A stretch of 64,000 nt of DNA from Octopus bimaculoides (lineage: Eukaryota), in contig NC_068995.1 of assembly GCF_001194135.2 (NCBI RefSeq), positions 30,757,630 through 30,821,629 on the forward strand. Direction: 5' to 3'. This document shows, piece after piece, positions 1 through 12,442 of this stretch (positions are counted from its first letter, which is position 1; the number at the start of each line of letters is the position of its first letter). Under the pieces are notes generated by a model. It saw nothing but the letters and a program-made list of their open reading frames with translations, was not told the DNA's origin and ran no database searches. A program made the position numbers and the translations under genes.

Positions 1-186
1 CCAGTAGAAATTTTCTTTCATTTTTTTATTGTTTTGTATTTTTCTCTTTTTTTTTTTTTGTCATAGATGCTGTATTAGAAATTAGAACATTTCCATTTCT
101 TTCAGTTATAAACACTTTTAATCTTGGTTATCAAGATTGGAACATGAAAAATTCAGAACAATTGTTGAAGTTGCAGATTCCAATTA

Positions 187-187
187 C

Positions 188-228
<41 letters not shown>

Positions 229-570
229 TATAAGTATATGTTACCTATCTATATATATATATATATACATACATGTGTGTATACATCTATATATATATAC
301 ACATACATATATACACACATACATATATACACATATACATATATATATACACATACATATATATATATATACACATATACATATACATACATATATATAT
401 ACACATATACATATATACATATATACACATATATACATACATATAAACACATACATATATATAAACACATACATACACATACACACACATACATGCATAT
501 ATATATACATACACACACACACACACACATATATATACATACACACACACACACACACATACATACATAC
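187..570. repeat. Compound (TA)n/(CA)n/(TACA)n microsatellite
   Basis: Directly visible; explains the YIYI/HTHT ORFs. Confidence 0.98.
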
Positions 571-1218
571 ATGGTGATATATCTGGTTATATACATATCG
601 CCAGAAGATGAATGTAGATTTTATCAAATCCAAAATACAGTGTGGTGAAAACACTACCAAAATATGAGGTTAACTAATAACCATATTAATTATTACAAAT
701 TCTGCTCATTTCAGAAATACAAATTATACTTTTTTCCTTTTTCTTTGATTGTTTCTTTCGTTTGGTCCTTAAAAGCTTGTTCAATATGAATACTCATATC
801 TAGACCTCAGTAAAATATTTACAATGAAATGCAAAATAATTAAAATGTGTCTGTTATTGTTGTTTAGATGGAAGAGGTGGGAAGGAAATCTGGAATAGGA
901 TTAAGGACAGTGTGTTAAAGAATTAAATATCTTGAGTGACTTCTTTTCTATTTGATCCAGCAGAATTGCAGTTCAATCCCATCAGTAATATTCCATTAGT
1001 TGTGGGATTTCTATGGTAAACTGAAAGAGAGAAGACAAAAAAAAATGAAAATGTAAAGAATACTGAAAATATTTTTTTTAAAACACAAAATAAAACACAA
1101 ACAACAGTAAAATGGATGTTTGAAATATTAATTAATGAACATGACAAACAAGGCTATGGAAAACTGATTGAATAAAAGATATGGTAATTACAAACCATAG
1201 AATGATAATATGACATAA

Positions 1219-1857
1219 TAATCCTTTCTTTTATAGGCACAAGGCCTGGAATTTTGTGGGAGAGGGCTAGTCAATTATATTGACTCCGATGCTCAACTAG
1301 TACTTATTTTATTGACCCTGAGAGGATAAAATGCAAAGTGGACCTCAGTCGAATTTGAACTTAGAACGTAAAGATAGATGAAAAGCTGTTAAGCATTTTG
1401 TCAGTATGCTAAAGATTCAGCCAGCTCGATGCCTTAATAATAATAATCCTTTCTATTAAAGGCACAAGGCCTGAAATTTTGGGAGGAAAGGGTAAGTCAA
1501 TTATATCAACCCCAGTACTCAACTGGCACTTTATTGACCCCCTAAAGGATGAAAGGCAAAGACGACCTCGGCAGAATTTGAACTCAGAACGTAAAGACAG
1601 GTGAAATGCCACTAAGCATCTTGCTCAGCATGATAATGATTATACCAGCTTGCCACCTTAATAATAATCCTTTCTACTGAAGGCACAAGGTATGATATTT
1701 TGGGAGAGGGGGACTAGTCGATTACGTTAACCCCAGTACTCCACAAGGATGAAAGGTAAAGTCAACCTCGGCGGAATTTAAACATCCTTATGGATGGACA
1801 AAATGCCACTTAGCATTTCACCTGGCATGCTAACAATTCTACCAGCTCACAGCCTTC
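1219..1857 (-). mobile_element. Three head-to-tail copies of a tRNA-derived SINE (family B), each with a (TAA)n tail
   Basis: Repeated units ATCCTTTC..GGCACAAGGCC..GACCTCGGC.GAATTTGAACTCAGAACG at ~1219, ~1443 and ~1663; the reverse strand shows tRNA-like A/B boxes. Confidence 0.85.
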
Positions 1858-1889
<32 letters not shown>

Positions 1890-2017
1890 TAATGAACATC
1901 ATAAATAAGGTCATGAAATATTGACAGAATAAAATTTGCAAACACCCTAATGGTAATACAAATCAATATAAAAATCATGATAATTACAAACTATATAATG
2001 ATAATGACATAATAATA

Positions 2018-2195
2018 ATTTCAAGTTTTGGCACAAGGCCAGCAAGTTTGGGGAAAGGGGTAAGTTAATTTCATCAATCCCAATACTCAATTGCTGTTTG
2101 CTTTATCAACCCCGAAAGTATGAAAGGCAAAGTCAAATTTGAAGGAATTTGAACTCAGAAGATAAAGACAGATGAAATGCCACTAAGCATCTTGT
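2018..2195 (-). mobile_element. SINE family B, degenerate copy. Others at ~20685-20825, 23553-23750, 27048-27230 and 33420-33580
   Basis: Same GGCACAAGGCC...GAATTTGAACTCAGAA motifs. Confidence 0.8.
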
Positions 2196-4587
2196 AATGA
2201 CACAATGATAATATGCCAATGATCAACAATAATATAAATTACAAACATGATGAAAAAATGTCACTGAACATCACAGGTAAAATTATGAAGCTATTACACA
2301 GATAAGAAAAAGTAACCATCACAGGGGAAGTTAAGAACATGAAAACATCAAAAGGGAAACTAAGAAATTTTAAATATTACAAGATTTCTACTTATTAAAA
2401 TGGCTTTTCCAAACCTTAAATCAAAGCATAAATAATTGATTACAGCTTGTCATGTGTTAAACTATTCCATTCCATTTTATTGCAAAAATGAAGTTTATAA
2501 TCAATTCAAAAATAAACCATTTAAGATCTTATTTTTTCCTCTTAGATTCATTTTTCTATAATGTGACCGTTTTTATGTTTTACTGAAGTTTTTGAATATT
2601 TGCACATTACGGAAGCTATTGTTTTGTGGTTTTTCTTGAGTTTGATCATTTTTCTCTTGCTAACACTTCCTTCGTGTAGACTGAAAAAAGCAAAGGTTAT
2701 GTCCCTAGTATTTATATCAAATATAATGCTTGTTTATTCACATTGTTTTGAATTAATCATGCATTATCTCATAGCTTTGAGATTTCAATGATGTGATTGT
2801 TTAATTTTGTAATAAAATTGTAGAGTAGGTGTGAGAAGCCGGCCACGGTCAGTTTGAACATAAAACAGGAAGATTATTCAGGCAGGATTTGACTAGTTTA
2901 GATGCTAAAGAGTTAAATTCAGAATCGTATATCATTAGTAGTCCAGTGCACAAAAGAAAAAATAGTCAAGTGCAAGAACATTATTATTAGATATATTCCT
3001 TCTACTTAATATATACTTGGTCTTGCTTTGAGAGAACATGTTCACTGATAATATTAAATATCATGCAATTGCAATAGCTGCTCTGAAGTTAGATCTGCAG
3101 TTAATTAGATGCAGATTAGGAAGAAAAAAGTGGAATGTTTTGTCAGAGTAGATAATTTTTATAAAATTCAATCTTCAAAAAACAAGCTACAATTTGTGGA
3201 AGTGGTAAATGATGGAAACAAAAATTCCTGAAACTACACGTATTCCATTTCAGAGAATTTGGTGAACCTAATAAAGAGCTGCTGCAATATTATCACATCT
3301 CTGTTACATAATCATATGCTGCTGCTTTTATACTGCGCTTTGTATATTACTACATCTTCTGAGCTACATTTACTACTACTATTATAATATTTTCTAGGTA
3401 TTTAGCCACGGACCCAGTTTCTACTGGATTTAGTGTCTTCAGACGATAATTCTTAGTCTTATTTCCTCCTCACCAAACCTTCCATAAATTGAACCAAAAA
3501 CTGTGAGATACTATTAACATTCAGTTTGCTTTGCTCATGCCCACGGTCACAGTCCCAAAATAGAGTAGTCTCCCCTTGTTCCACTTAGGCGGTTGATTAT
3601 TTTGGAGTGGAGGTTAGGAAAAAAACAAATCAGTTTTACATTCATTCCTGCCCCAAAAACAAAAGCAGCGTTTCAAATAGGAATTGGCATTCGTAGTTAA
3701 TTCCTTAATAGATCTATTCCTAATGTCAAAGTTTTGTTTGTTTGTTTTTCTCTTGCTATACATATTTTGCTCTCTCAGCATCCTGTTTGTTTGCATTAAT
3801 ATTACTGTATCTTCACTGCTATTTGTCTGCTTATTCAGTCCATTTGATGATGATTATCAATTGGCATTTTAATACATGAATATATAAGCTGGCTTAGTGT
3901 ATTGTTTTAAAGTAGATTATTCTCTTTCTGAGATATCCTGGCCAGTCTCTCATGTGTAGTAGAAACAATCATATTTTCTGTGCTTACATGTATATTCAGA
4001 CATTTATTTCAGTTGTTTTGTCCTGTTTTCTCAAATTCAGTTGCTCTACTGTTATATCATAGCTACTAACTGTTCTGTTTTAGTTGCATATTTTTTAACA
4101 AACCATATTCAATCAAAAAATTCTATTATGGAAATAAATAGTGCAATATGATGATGTATACCAAATAATTATATTATATCAAGATGGTAAACAAAATCAA
4201 TATATTACCTAAAAATAATGTAAAGTTAATGCAAGCATAGAAAATAACCCAAGGATATCATATTCACAGAGAAAAAGGGATAAAATGAGTAAAATAAAAT
4301 GGAATGGGTAACTGAAAATTGAGAGTTAATGTAGGTGAAGAATGAGTATGAGAGGTATGTGAGGTGTAAGATGAAATGAGAATGGTGAGATGCTAGAAAA
4401 GATCAAGTTCAGCTACAGAAGAGAATGTCAGACACACTAGAGGCTGGTAGCTGGCTTCAAGATAGAGGCTAAGATGCTAGTGTTCATAAAAGATGTGCCA
4501 TCCTTGATATGGAATTGAAAATTCAGAAATATACAAACAGAATTTTAATTTTTGTTATGAATAATTTGTTTCTTTTATTCTTCAAAA

Positions 4588-4940
4588 GGCATGGCTGTAT
4601 GATAAAAAGTTTGCTTCCCAACCACATGGTTTCAGGTTTGGTCCCACTGCATAGCACCTTGGGCAAGTGTCTTCTTTTATAACCTCAGGCTGACCAAGAC
4701 CTTGTGAGTGGATTGGGTAGATGGAAACTAAAAGAAGCCTGTCGTCCAGTGCTGTAAAAAGCACCGGTGATGGTGCCTTGTAAAAAGCACATAGTACGCT
4801 CTTGAAAGTGGTTGGTGTTAGGAAGAAACCCAGCCAAAACAGACTATGGAACCTGATGTGGACACTGGCCTTGCCAGTTCCCGTCAAGCTGTCCAAGCAT
4901 GCCAGCTTGAAAAACAGACATTAAATGATGATGATGATGA
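4588..4940 (+). mobile_element. 5' half of tRNA-derived SINE family A fused to an RTE-LINE 3' tail
   Basis: TGGCTGT..GGTT..GTCCCACTGC..CCTTGGGCAAGTGTCTT..GGAAACT.AAAGAAGCC followed by the RTE tail ending in (GAT)n. Confidence 0.8.
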
Positions 4941-6976
4941 TCAAGTATTTAAAATAGGTTTATCCCAAGAAAAGCAAGATTATGGGGGGAAAAAATATAC
5001 ATATGATAATACAGTTATCTTTTCTAATTGCCAAAGCAAAAGTGCTTACAATTAGTAATTAGTAAATGGAAAAATTGAATGTGAAATGAATGCCCTCCAG
5101 GATAAGACACTAGTCTACAACAGGGAACATTCACCAAAGATCTAGTATGCCTCCACCACAGCTAAGTGAATGCAATCAACCATTCTAGAGACATTGTCTA
5201 CAACAGATAAAAAATCATGACCTGATGATTTTCCAATGCATACAGAAACTGTGTAAATACACCAACAGTCTATATACAGAAACAAATTAATTAGAAATAA
5301 TTAGATGCTTCCCCTGAAATTACAGTGTTTTAATCATATGAACATACAAAATTAATCCATCACCACATCCTTCCATAATCATTTCTATTCACTAACAGGT
5401 TAAGAAACTAAGCAAATTAAGGAAATTTAGGATTAATAAAGCTAAAAGGTTTAATACAAAGGCAAAATGAACAAATAGCAAGGATGCTAAGCTGACAATT
5501 TCTGAATCTCTATCTTCTTAGAGAGAATGGCATGCTAAAATTAAATTTGTGCAAAAGCATTTTGAGGTTTATAATTAATTCTAACAATAAGGTTGTGTTA
5601 GAAAAGACCAACCTTCAGAAATATGCCACAGATTACAAGTTTACAGTCAACAATGCAGTGCTCAACTTGTACAGAGAGTGAAATAGTGAAGTGTAGCATA
5701 GCAGTGTTATTGCCATTAATTAGTTAGAGGTAGAGAGTAATAAGAAACAAAATTATCTAAAAGCTCAATTCTTACCATTTTTTTATTTTGGGTTTTAAAT
5801 TTTTTAATTGATTGTTTTCAGTTGCAGAATATTGAATTTTATTTTTTTTAAGGTGTTGTGTATAGTTTATATTTTCCAGTATTTTCAATTTTGACTTAAA
5901 AGAACTGGTCTTGAATGCACATTATGTTGTACCATTGGATAGTTATGATGAACTTTAAAACAAAAATTAAGTTAATTTTAGAACATGTGTAAAAATAAGA
6001 ATAACATTTGTAACAATTTTAGCAACCTAATATAAAGCTTAATATTTCTCATTAATAAATTGCACATTGATTTACTTTTGAATTTTTCTCCATATTTCAA
6101 GTGTGCAGACATATATATATATATATATATGTATATATNNNNNNNNNNNNNNNNNNNNNNNNNNNNNNNATATTAAACACAACTTTCATATGTATACATA
6201 GTATGAATGAAAACAAAGCAAGTAAAACATTACAAATGTAATTTACAGTAGTGAACATTAACAAAAAGATTCAAATGGTTTATTAACCTGTAAGGTATAT
6301 TAAAGGTAGCCCTCAATTTTCTGATTTCAAAAGTAGTCAAGGACTATAACAATATTTTAGAAAAACAATCTTTATATTTTAAAATACTAAAATCAATATA
6401 TCTCCAAATCTCATGACCCTTAAATCAAGTTAGATAACCCCACAGGAACATTCTCTTACCTAACATACCATACAATTCGTTATAAAACGTAATATAGCTT
6501 TATTTAATGCTCATTATTCATCTAAGACATCAAGTTGTTTGGTTTTAAAAAGCTTCTATGCTTTGAATTAGATAAATTCAGTATTTTGTTTAAGCTCATA
6601 CAACAAGGTTTCTATTAAGGCCCACAGGGTTTGATCCATCATTACCCATCACCCGACCAAATCATTTCATCTAAATTTTTTTTTTTTATATTAGCTATGT
6701 CCTTCACATTTTTTAATAAACGAAGTTTAGATAATAAATATTGTTATATAAAATTGTCTAAAATGAAAATACAACACCAAAGTTCTGAAAATGATTGATT
6801 GCTGAAAGAAGCCTCAATCTTGAGATTCTTTGGAAAAAATGAGAAAAAAGAATTTGTGCATTTCTGGTGTTTCCAGAGAATGATGTGATTCTCTAAGAAT
6901 GATGTGTCAGTGAATGATAAAGTCTGAGAAAAATTTCTTTAAATATCACAAATATATATTTGATAAATCTACTCAC

Positions 6977-7027
6977 TTCTGGAATAAGTTAAATTTTCTC
7001 TAGAGTGGATTGGTTTTGAGATTACTG
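6977..7027 (-). CDS. cry2: Probable cryptochrome tail exon 11 (AVISKPIHSRENLTYSR)
   Basis: Strong acceptor TTTTTTTTTGTATTTGTAG after a 118 bp intron; 51 bp open, phase 1/1; GTGAGT donor at 6976-6971, or read-through to SE-stop at 6971-6969. No homology support. Confidence 0.6.
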
Positions 7028-7145
7028 CTACAAATACAAAAAAAAACAGAGATGAGAATTTAATAAAAATAAAATATACAACAACAGTAATAACAATGAT
7101 GATGACGATGATGAACTTTAAAATTAATCAAGAGTTGCTACCAAC

Positions 7146-7345
7146 CTGGCGTTCTCATTGTTAGCCTGTGGTATACTTGACGCATTCGCTCCATATTTAT
7201 CCGACTTACTTCTGAATGAGTCACCATTGGTACAGGATAGTCTTTTCCAACAATACATTTAGCAGTCTTCTGAACACTTTCAGGAGCATTCCAAGGTTCA
7301 TAGATGTATTTTGCTGGGAAACGTTTCAAAATAGGTAAGTAGTGT
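7146..7345 (-). CDS. cry2: Cryptochrome exon 10 ([22 protein letters not shown]...[20 protein letters not shown])
   Basis: ORF 7138-7368; CAG acceptor, coiled-coil helix. GTTGGT donor at 7145-7140; if that donor is not used the frame stops at TAG 7140-7138. Confidence 0.92.
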
Positions 7346-7507
7346 CTGAAAATAAAAGAAACAGACACAAAGATGTATTTTATTGCGAAAGTACATTATT
7401 AAATATGAATTACTGAGAACGGTATGATCTTCACTGACAAACACATTGAAGTGGTTTAAAAGATAATGAAAAAATAAACCTTCAATTATAACATAAAATA
7501 ATTATGC

Positions 7508-7622
7508 CAAATCAGATTGGAGCCTGGTGTAGCCATCTGGTTTCACCAGTCCTCAGTCAAATCGTCCAACCCATGCTAGCATGGAAAGCGGACGTTAAAC
7601 GACGATGATGATGATGATGATT
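7508..7622 (+). mobile_element. Young RTE-LINE 3' tail copy with (GAT)n end
   Basis: CCAACCCATGCTAGCATGGAAAGCGGACGTTAAAC(GAT)n, nearly identical to copies at 8368-8514, 8925-9105 and 63670-64000. Confidence 0.85.
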
Positions 7623-8159
7623 ATAATTAATGTTTTATAGGGTTCAGAACAAAATATTTCACCGTTTCGTTCCTTCACCGACGTCCACATAACGTTTAAA
7701 ACAGGAATACATTTCCAAACCTAAGTTTTCCTACAATTATCTCCCTTAAACTATTTTATAATATTCGTACTCAAATGTACGCATTCGTTCAATCTGTATG
7801 ACATGTTTTTCCGTGATAGTATGGGTTGGACAATCCCAACAATTAACCTCTACCTAATTTTCATGTGAGGGATTTTTTTTATTCCATGTGTCTTTGGAAG
7901 TGCAAAGCTGCAGAATGATTCGATCGCAGGGACAGTAAACAAAACATCACTACTTTTGTTCAAACGGTTTCATGTGAGACAGGTACATAAACATACACAA
8001 TGAGCTTCCATACAGTTTGTCTACCAGTTCCACTCAGAAGACATCGGTGAGTCTAAGACTACAACAGAAGACAATTGCCCAAAGTGTCATGTGAGATAGA
8101 ATTCGAAATTTCATAGTTATGAAGTGAACTCTTATCCACACAACCATCCAGTACCTACT

Positions 8160-9263
8160 CTTTACTCTTTTACTTGTTTCAGTCATTTGACTGTGGCCAT
8201 GCTAGAGCACCGCCTTTAGTCGATCAAATCGACCCCAGGACTTATTCTTTGTAAGCCTAGTACTTATTCTAGCCGAACCGCTAAGTTACAGAGATGTAAA
8301 CACACCAGCATCGGTTGTCAAGCGATGTTGGTGGACAAACACAGACACACAAACATATTAATATATCATCATCATCATCATCATCGTTTAACGTCCGCTT
8401 TCCATGCTAGCATGGGTTGGACGATTTGACTGAGGACTGGTGAAACCGGATGGCAACACCAGGCTCCAGTCTGATTTGGCAGAGTTTCTACAGCTGGATG
8501 CCCTTCCTAACGCCNNNNNNNNNNNNNNNNNNNNNNNNNNNNNNNNNNNNNNNNNNNNNNNNNNNNNNNNNNNNNNNNNNNNNNNNNNNNNNNNNNNNNN
8601 NNNNNNNNNNNNNNNNNNNNNNNNNNNNNNNNNNNNNNNNNNNNNNNNNNNNNNNNNNNNNNNNNNNNNNNNNNNNNNNNNNNNNNNNNNNNNNNNNNNN
8701 NNNNNNNNNNNNNNNNNNNNNNNNNNNNNNNNNNNNNNNNNNNNNNNNNNNNNNNNNNNNNNNNNNNNNNNNNNNNNNNNNNNNNNNNNNNNNNNNNNNN
8801 NNNNNNNNNNNNNNNNNNNNNNNNNNNNNNNNNNNNNNNNNNNNNNNNNNNNNNNNNNNNNNNNNNNNNNNNNNNNNNNNNNNNNNNNNNNNNNNNNNNN
8901 NNNNNNNNNNNNNNNNNNNNNNNNCACCCACTACACTCTCTGAGTGGTTGGCGTTAGGAAGGGCATCCAGCTGTAGAAACTCTGCCAAATTAGATTGGAG
9001 CCTGGTGTTGCCAACCGGTTTCACCAGTCCTCAGTCAAATCGTCCAACCCATGCTAGCATGGAAGGCGGACGTTAAACGACGATGATGATGATGATGATG
9101 ATGATGCTTTTTTCAGTTTCCGTGAACCAAATCCACTCACAAGGCTTTGGTCGGCCCGTGGCTATAGTAGAACACACTTGCCCAAGGTACCACGCAGTGG
9201 GACTGAACCCGGAACCATGTGGTTGGTAAGCAAGCTACTTACCACACAGCCACTCCTACACCT
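8160..9263 (-). mobile_element. SINE family A split in its central microsatellite by two oppositely oriented RTE tails (8368-8514 minus, 8925-9105 plus) around an N-gap
   Basis: SINE 5' half at 9106-9263 and 3' half at 8160-8350 are colinear with the intact copy at 59948-60375. Confidence 0.75.
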
Positions 9264-9453
9264 CTTTTTTTTATATACATTTAGTTGTCAACATAAAAAG
9301 GGTAGAAGCCAGTAACATTTGTATGCCTTCCCAGACTTGTTTCCTATATCTAATTAGTTAAATAAGAATGGAGTCAATTTTGTCAGCCAGCCAAAAATTT
9401 TTGAGTATATGAACAGTCACCCTCTCTCTCATGTATGTATGTATGTATGTATG

Positions 9454-9508
<55 letters not shown>

Positions 9509-9682
9509 NNNNNNNNNNNNNNNNNNNNNNNNNNNNNNNNNNNNNNNNNNNNNNNNNNNNNATATATAGGGAGAATTCACAAAAAAACAAAAGATGAAGA
9601 CAGGTGGTGTAAACAACAAACAGATGTTTTAGTATAACGCTCGGGAAGTGAAAAAGTCTTTAACGTTTCGAGCCTACGCTCT

Positions 9683-9715
<33 letters not shown>

Positions 9716-9839
9716 GTATGTATATGCATGTGCGCACACACACTCTTACATATATTAGAAATGTTTATTACACTGGATGATACCATCTTTTATTCAATTA
9801 CTCAGTTATGAGAAATATCTTAATTTTCTGATTATTTAC

Positions 9840-9991
9840 CTGATAAAATCACCATTTGGATCTATTCTTTTGCCAAATCCAACAGGACAATAGCAATGAA
9901 AAAATTGTTGAAAGAAAGAACTACATGACAGCCACATCCACATTCCAGCATTGACACTCCAGTCAGCATCAAGCAGCAGTTCATCAAATAC
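9840..9991 (-). CDS. cry2: Cryptochrome exon 9 ([51 protein letters not shown])
   Basis: 152 bp by manual translation; TAG acceptor, GTAAAT donor. The [14 protein letters not shown] lid and the Asn in VNAG are type II CRY hallmarks. Confidence 0.96.
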
Positions 9992-10803
9992 CTAAAATAA
10001 AGTGATCAGGCAAGAAAAAAAAATTACAATAAATTTTAAATATATAAACATTTGTAACAGCAAAAGTTAAAGATTAGGTTATTCAAGAAAACCAAGATTT
10101 GAAAAATATGTGAGAACTGCTGTCTATATCTCATAGCAGCTGTCTTCACTGATGACTTGCAGGTAACTGACCAAACATAAGCCAACTGAATCTGCTATTT
10201 CAATACATTTCAGTAGCTTCCTAATTCTGACAACTGATGCTCTGATAAGACAGAAACATGTTAATCATTGTTGCCAATCACATTTCACAGGAGTCGATTT
10301 AAATCTTTAACTTTGGTACATGTTACTAGCAAAAGCAGCACAGTACAAACATTAATGTGCTTAGTAACATAAAACAATCAAGAATATAAAAATCTTATAT
10401 TTAACAGAAATACAATATATATTACTGTTGTATAGTGAAACTGTATATCCCTCCCAGTAAAAAGTGGCTGGACACAGCCATTATAAATAGACTAGTAGCC
10501 AGTCGTCAAGGGAGAGTCAAGAGTTGAAGAGTAGGGAGTAAACAGTTCTAGTTGGTGTCTTGTGGAGTTATCAGCAATAGTAAGAAAAAGAAGTTCGTGT
10601 ATTACTATTCTGGAGATAGTAATACAAAGAGATACAACAGTATCTGATGACTAGTAACTATTGTGGCTACTAGTGTAAAACAGCAACTACAGTACCACAG
10701 AAATTACACACCATCCCAGTGGAAGGAACCCACTTTATAACAATTACATTTAAGACAATTAACAAATAAATATATCTTTAGAAATAGAAAACCAGTTTCT
10801 TAC

Positions 10804-10944
10804 TTTCATGCCTTCTTCCCATGATAACCAAAGATCTCCGCGAGTTAGGAAACAAGCAACCGAGTGTCGGGCTAAATGATGAATCCAGCCTTCTTTCCGT
10901 AACTGTTTCATGATGGCATCAATCCAAGGAAAACCTGTCATACC
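10804..10944 (-). CDS. cry2: Cryptochrome exon 8 ([47 protein letters not shown])
   Basis: 141 bp inside ORF 10759-10992; CAG acceptor, GTAAGA donor. Confidence 0.95.
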
Positions 10945-11475
10945 CTGGTAAAAATTCAAGAAAAGTGATGATATACCCAGTCTTTGTTTCAATTAATTTT
11001 GAAATAACCTTATCACTATTAAGCTGGTATTTGAAACATAAATCAACATGAAATTTTAATGAAAGATTGAATTTAGATCACTTTAAACAGCAAGTCTGCT
11101 TCATAGAATCAGCAGTCGCAGGCATGTTGGTATATAAAAAGGGTTAAATTTTTAAATTAAAAAATTGCCAATAATATAATTTAGTAGAAAATCGTAAATA
11201 AATGTTATAAATAAAATGAAAATGATTTAAACTGGAAAGGGGATAAAATAATTTCAAGCATTTGAAAGAATAACAACAATCTTTCACCATAAAACTAATT
11301 CCAAACATGTCACCTACTTCTTTAAACATGTCTAAACCAACAATTCAGATTCTAAAACCAATAAAACTCTAAACAAAATTTTACAAAGAAAGTTTCAATA
11401 ATAATCTTTAAAACATTTTAAAGAGATAAGATTTCACTAGAATTCTTCAGTTTCAAATGAGAGAATGTAAATAAA

Positions 11476-11746
11476 AAGTATATATTCTGAGTCTGCTATA
11501 TTAGCACTATATATTCACCAAAGATGGTAAATCTCCCTTATAATAAGTGTGTTCTGGTTCCAGTTACCATGATAAAATCCTATCAGAATCTGTTTTCAAA
11601 TCTAAATAATACAGACTCAGAAATAAATATTATATCACACTAGCCGATGTCATGGTAACTGGAATCAGAACAGAATTATTATAAAAGAAATTTACCATCT
11701 TTGGTGGATAAATAGTGGTAATATAGCAGACCCAGAATATATACTT
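11476..11746. mobile_element. Palindromic MITE (~97 bp arms) in cry intron 7
   Basis: 11476-11572 is the imperfect reverse complement of 11650-11746. Confidence 0.8.
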
Positions 11747-12271
11747 CGAGTGGTTGGCATTACAAAGAGCATCCAACTGTAGAAACCATGCCAAATCAGA
11801 CTGGAACCTGGTGCAACTCCCTATATACCAATTTTGAGTTAAACCATCATGAAAAACATGATGATGATGATGATTGAAGTTGCTTCATGAATAGAAGTAG
11901 TTTGAAGTGTGTGTGTGTGTTTATATTTATGGGACAGTAATGGATGTAGCATAGGTATCAAATGACAGAGCAGTTAAAGTGTTGGATACAAGTAGATCTT
12001 GCGATATTTCTTCCTACTCTCTGTATTCTAAGTTTAAATGTCACCCCATCACTGTCAAGATTTGCAACCAGCAAAACGTGTCAGCAATTTGAAAAATTAA
12101 TGGAAACTTTAATCAGAAGATCACCACCACCACCACCAGTCATCAGGTGTAATACAGAAACACATACTGTGACAACATTTACCATCACACCATTGATAAA
12201 TAACTGTAAAATGCAAAACGGATAAGCTACTTCAATATATGTGATATAAAAAATGTTTGACAAACCCTCAC

Positions 12272-12442
12272 CTCTGCCCATTTAGCTAATGCTTCTTGAT
12301 TTGTGTCCCAAGGAATCTGTACACAGACTGGATTTCCCAGCATCTGATCAAATCTAGGATTGTTTGAGGCAACTGTATAGAAGAATTCTCTCCAGAGAAG
12401 TTGACCATGAAGTGAAAGAGGTGGTATATTTTTCTTTTTGAT
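12272..12442 (-). CDS. cry2: Cryptochrome exon 7 ([22 protein letters not shown]...[18 protein letters not shown])
   Basis: 171 bp inside ORF 12227-12472; CAG acceptor, GTGAGG donor; FAD-domain motif QLLWREFFY. Confidence 0.95.

Noticed and set aside
597-649. Hammerhead-like remnant CCAGAAGA...AAAAT...GTG
   Set aside because: Core nucleotides are mutated in both conserved strands; at most a dead relic.
137-660. Long [12 protein letters not shown] ORFs (also 60572-61245 and others)
   Set aside because: Translations of dinucleotide microsatellites.
3614-3796. Minus-strand ORF as the CRY C-terminal tail
   Set aside because: No suitable acceptor in the right phase and an upstream in-frame stop. 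Other acceptors (4123, 3501, 2682) could not be ranked.
8426-8450. CTGAGGA-CTGGT-GAAAC in the RTE tail, resembling a hammerhead core
   Set aside because: No stem II pairing and no stem I; in most copies no NUH triplet follows.
8388-9076. ORFs rich in X (also 13320-13830, 24921-25125 and 32504-32959)
   Set aside because: Artefacts of N-runs lacking stop codons.
8368-9105. Inverted RTE pair flanking the 410 N gap as a real giant hairpin
   Set aside because: Could be one repeat placed in both orientations across a scaffold gap; needs long reads.
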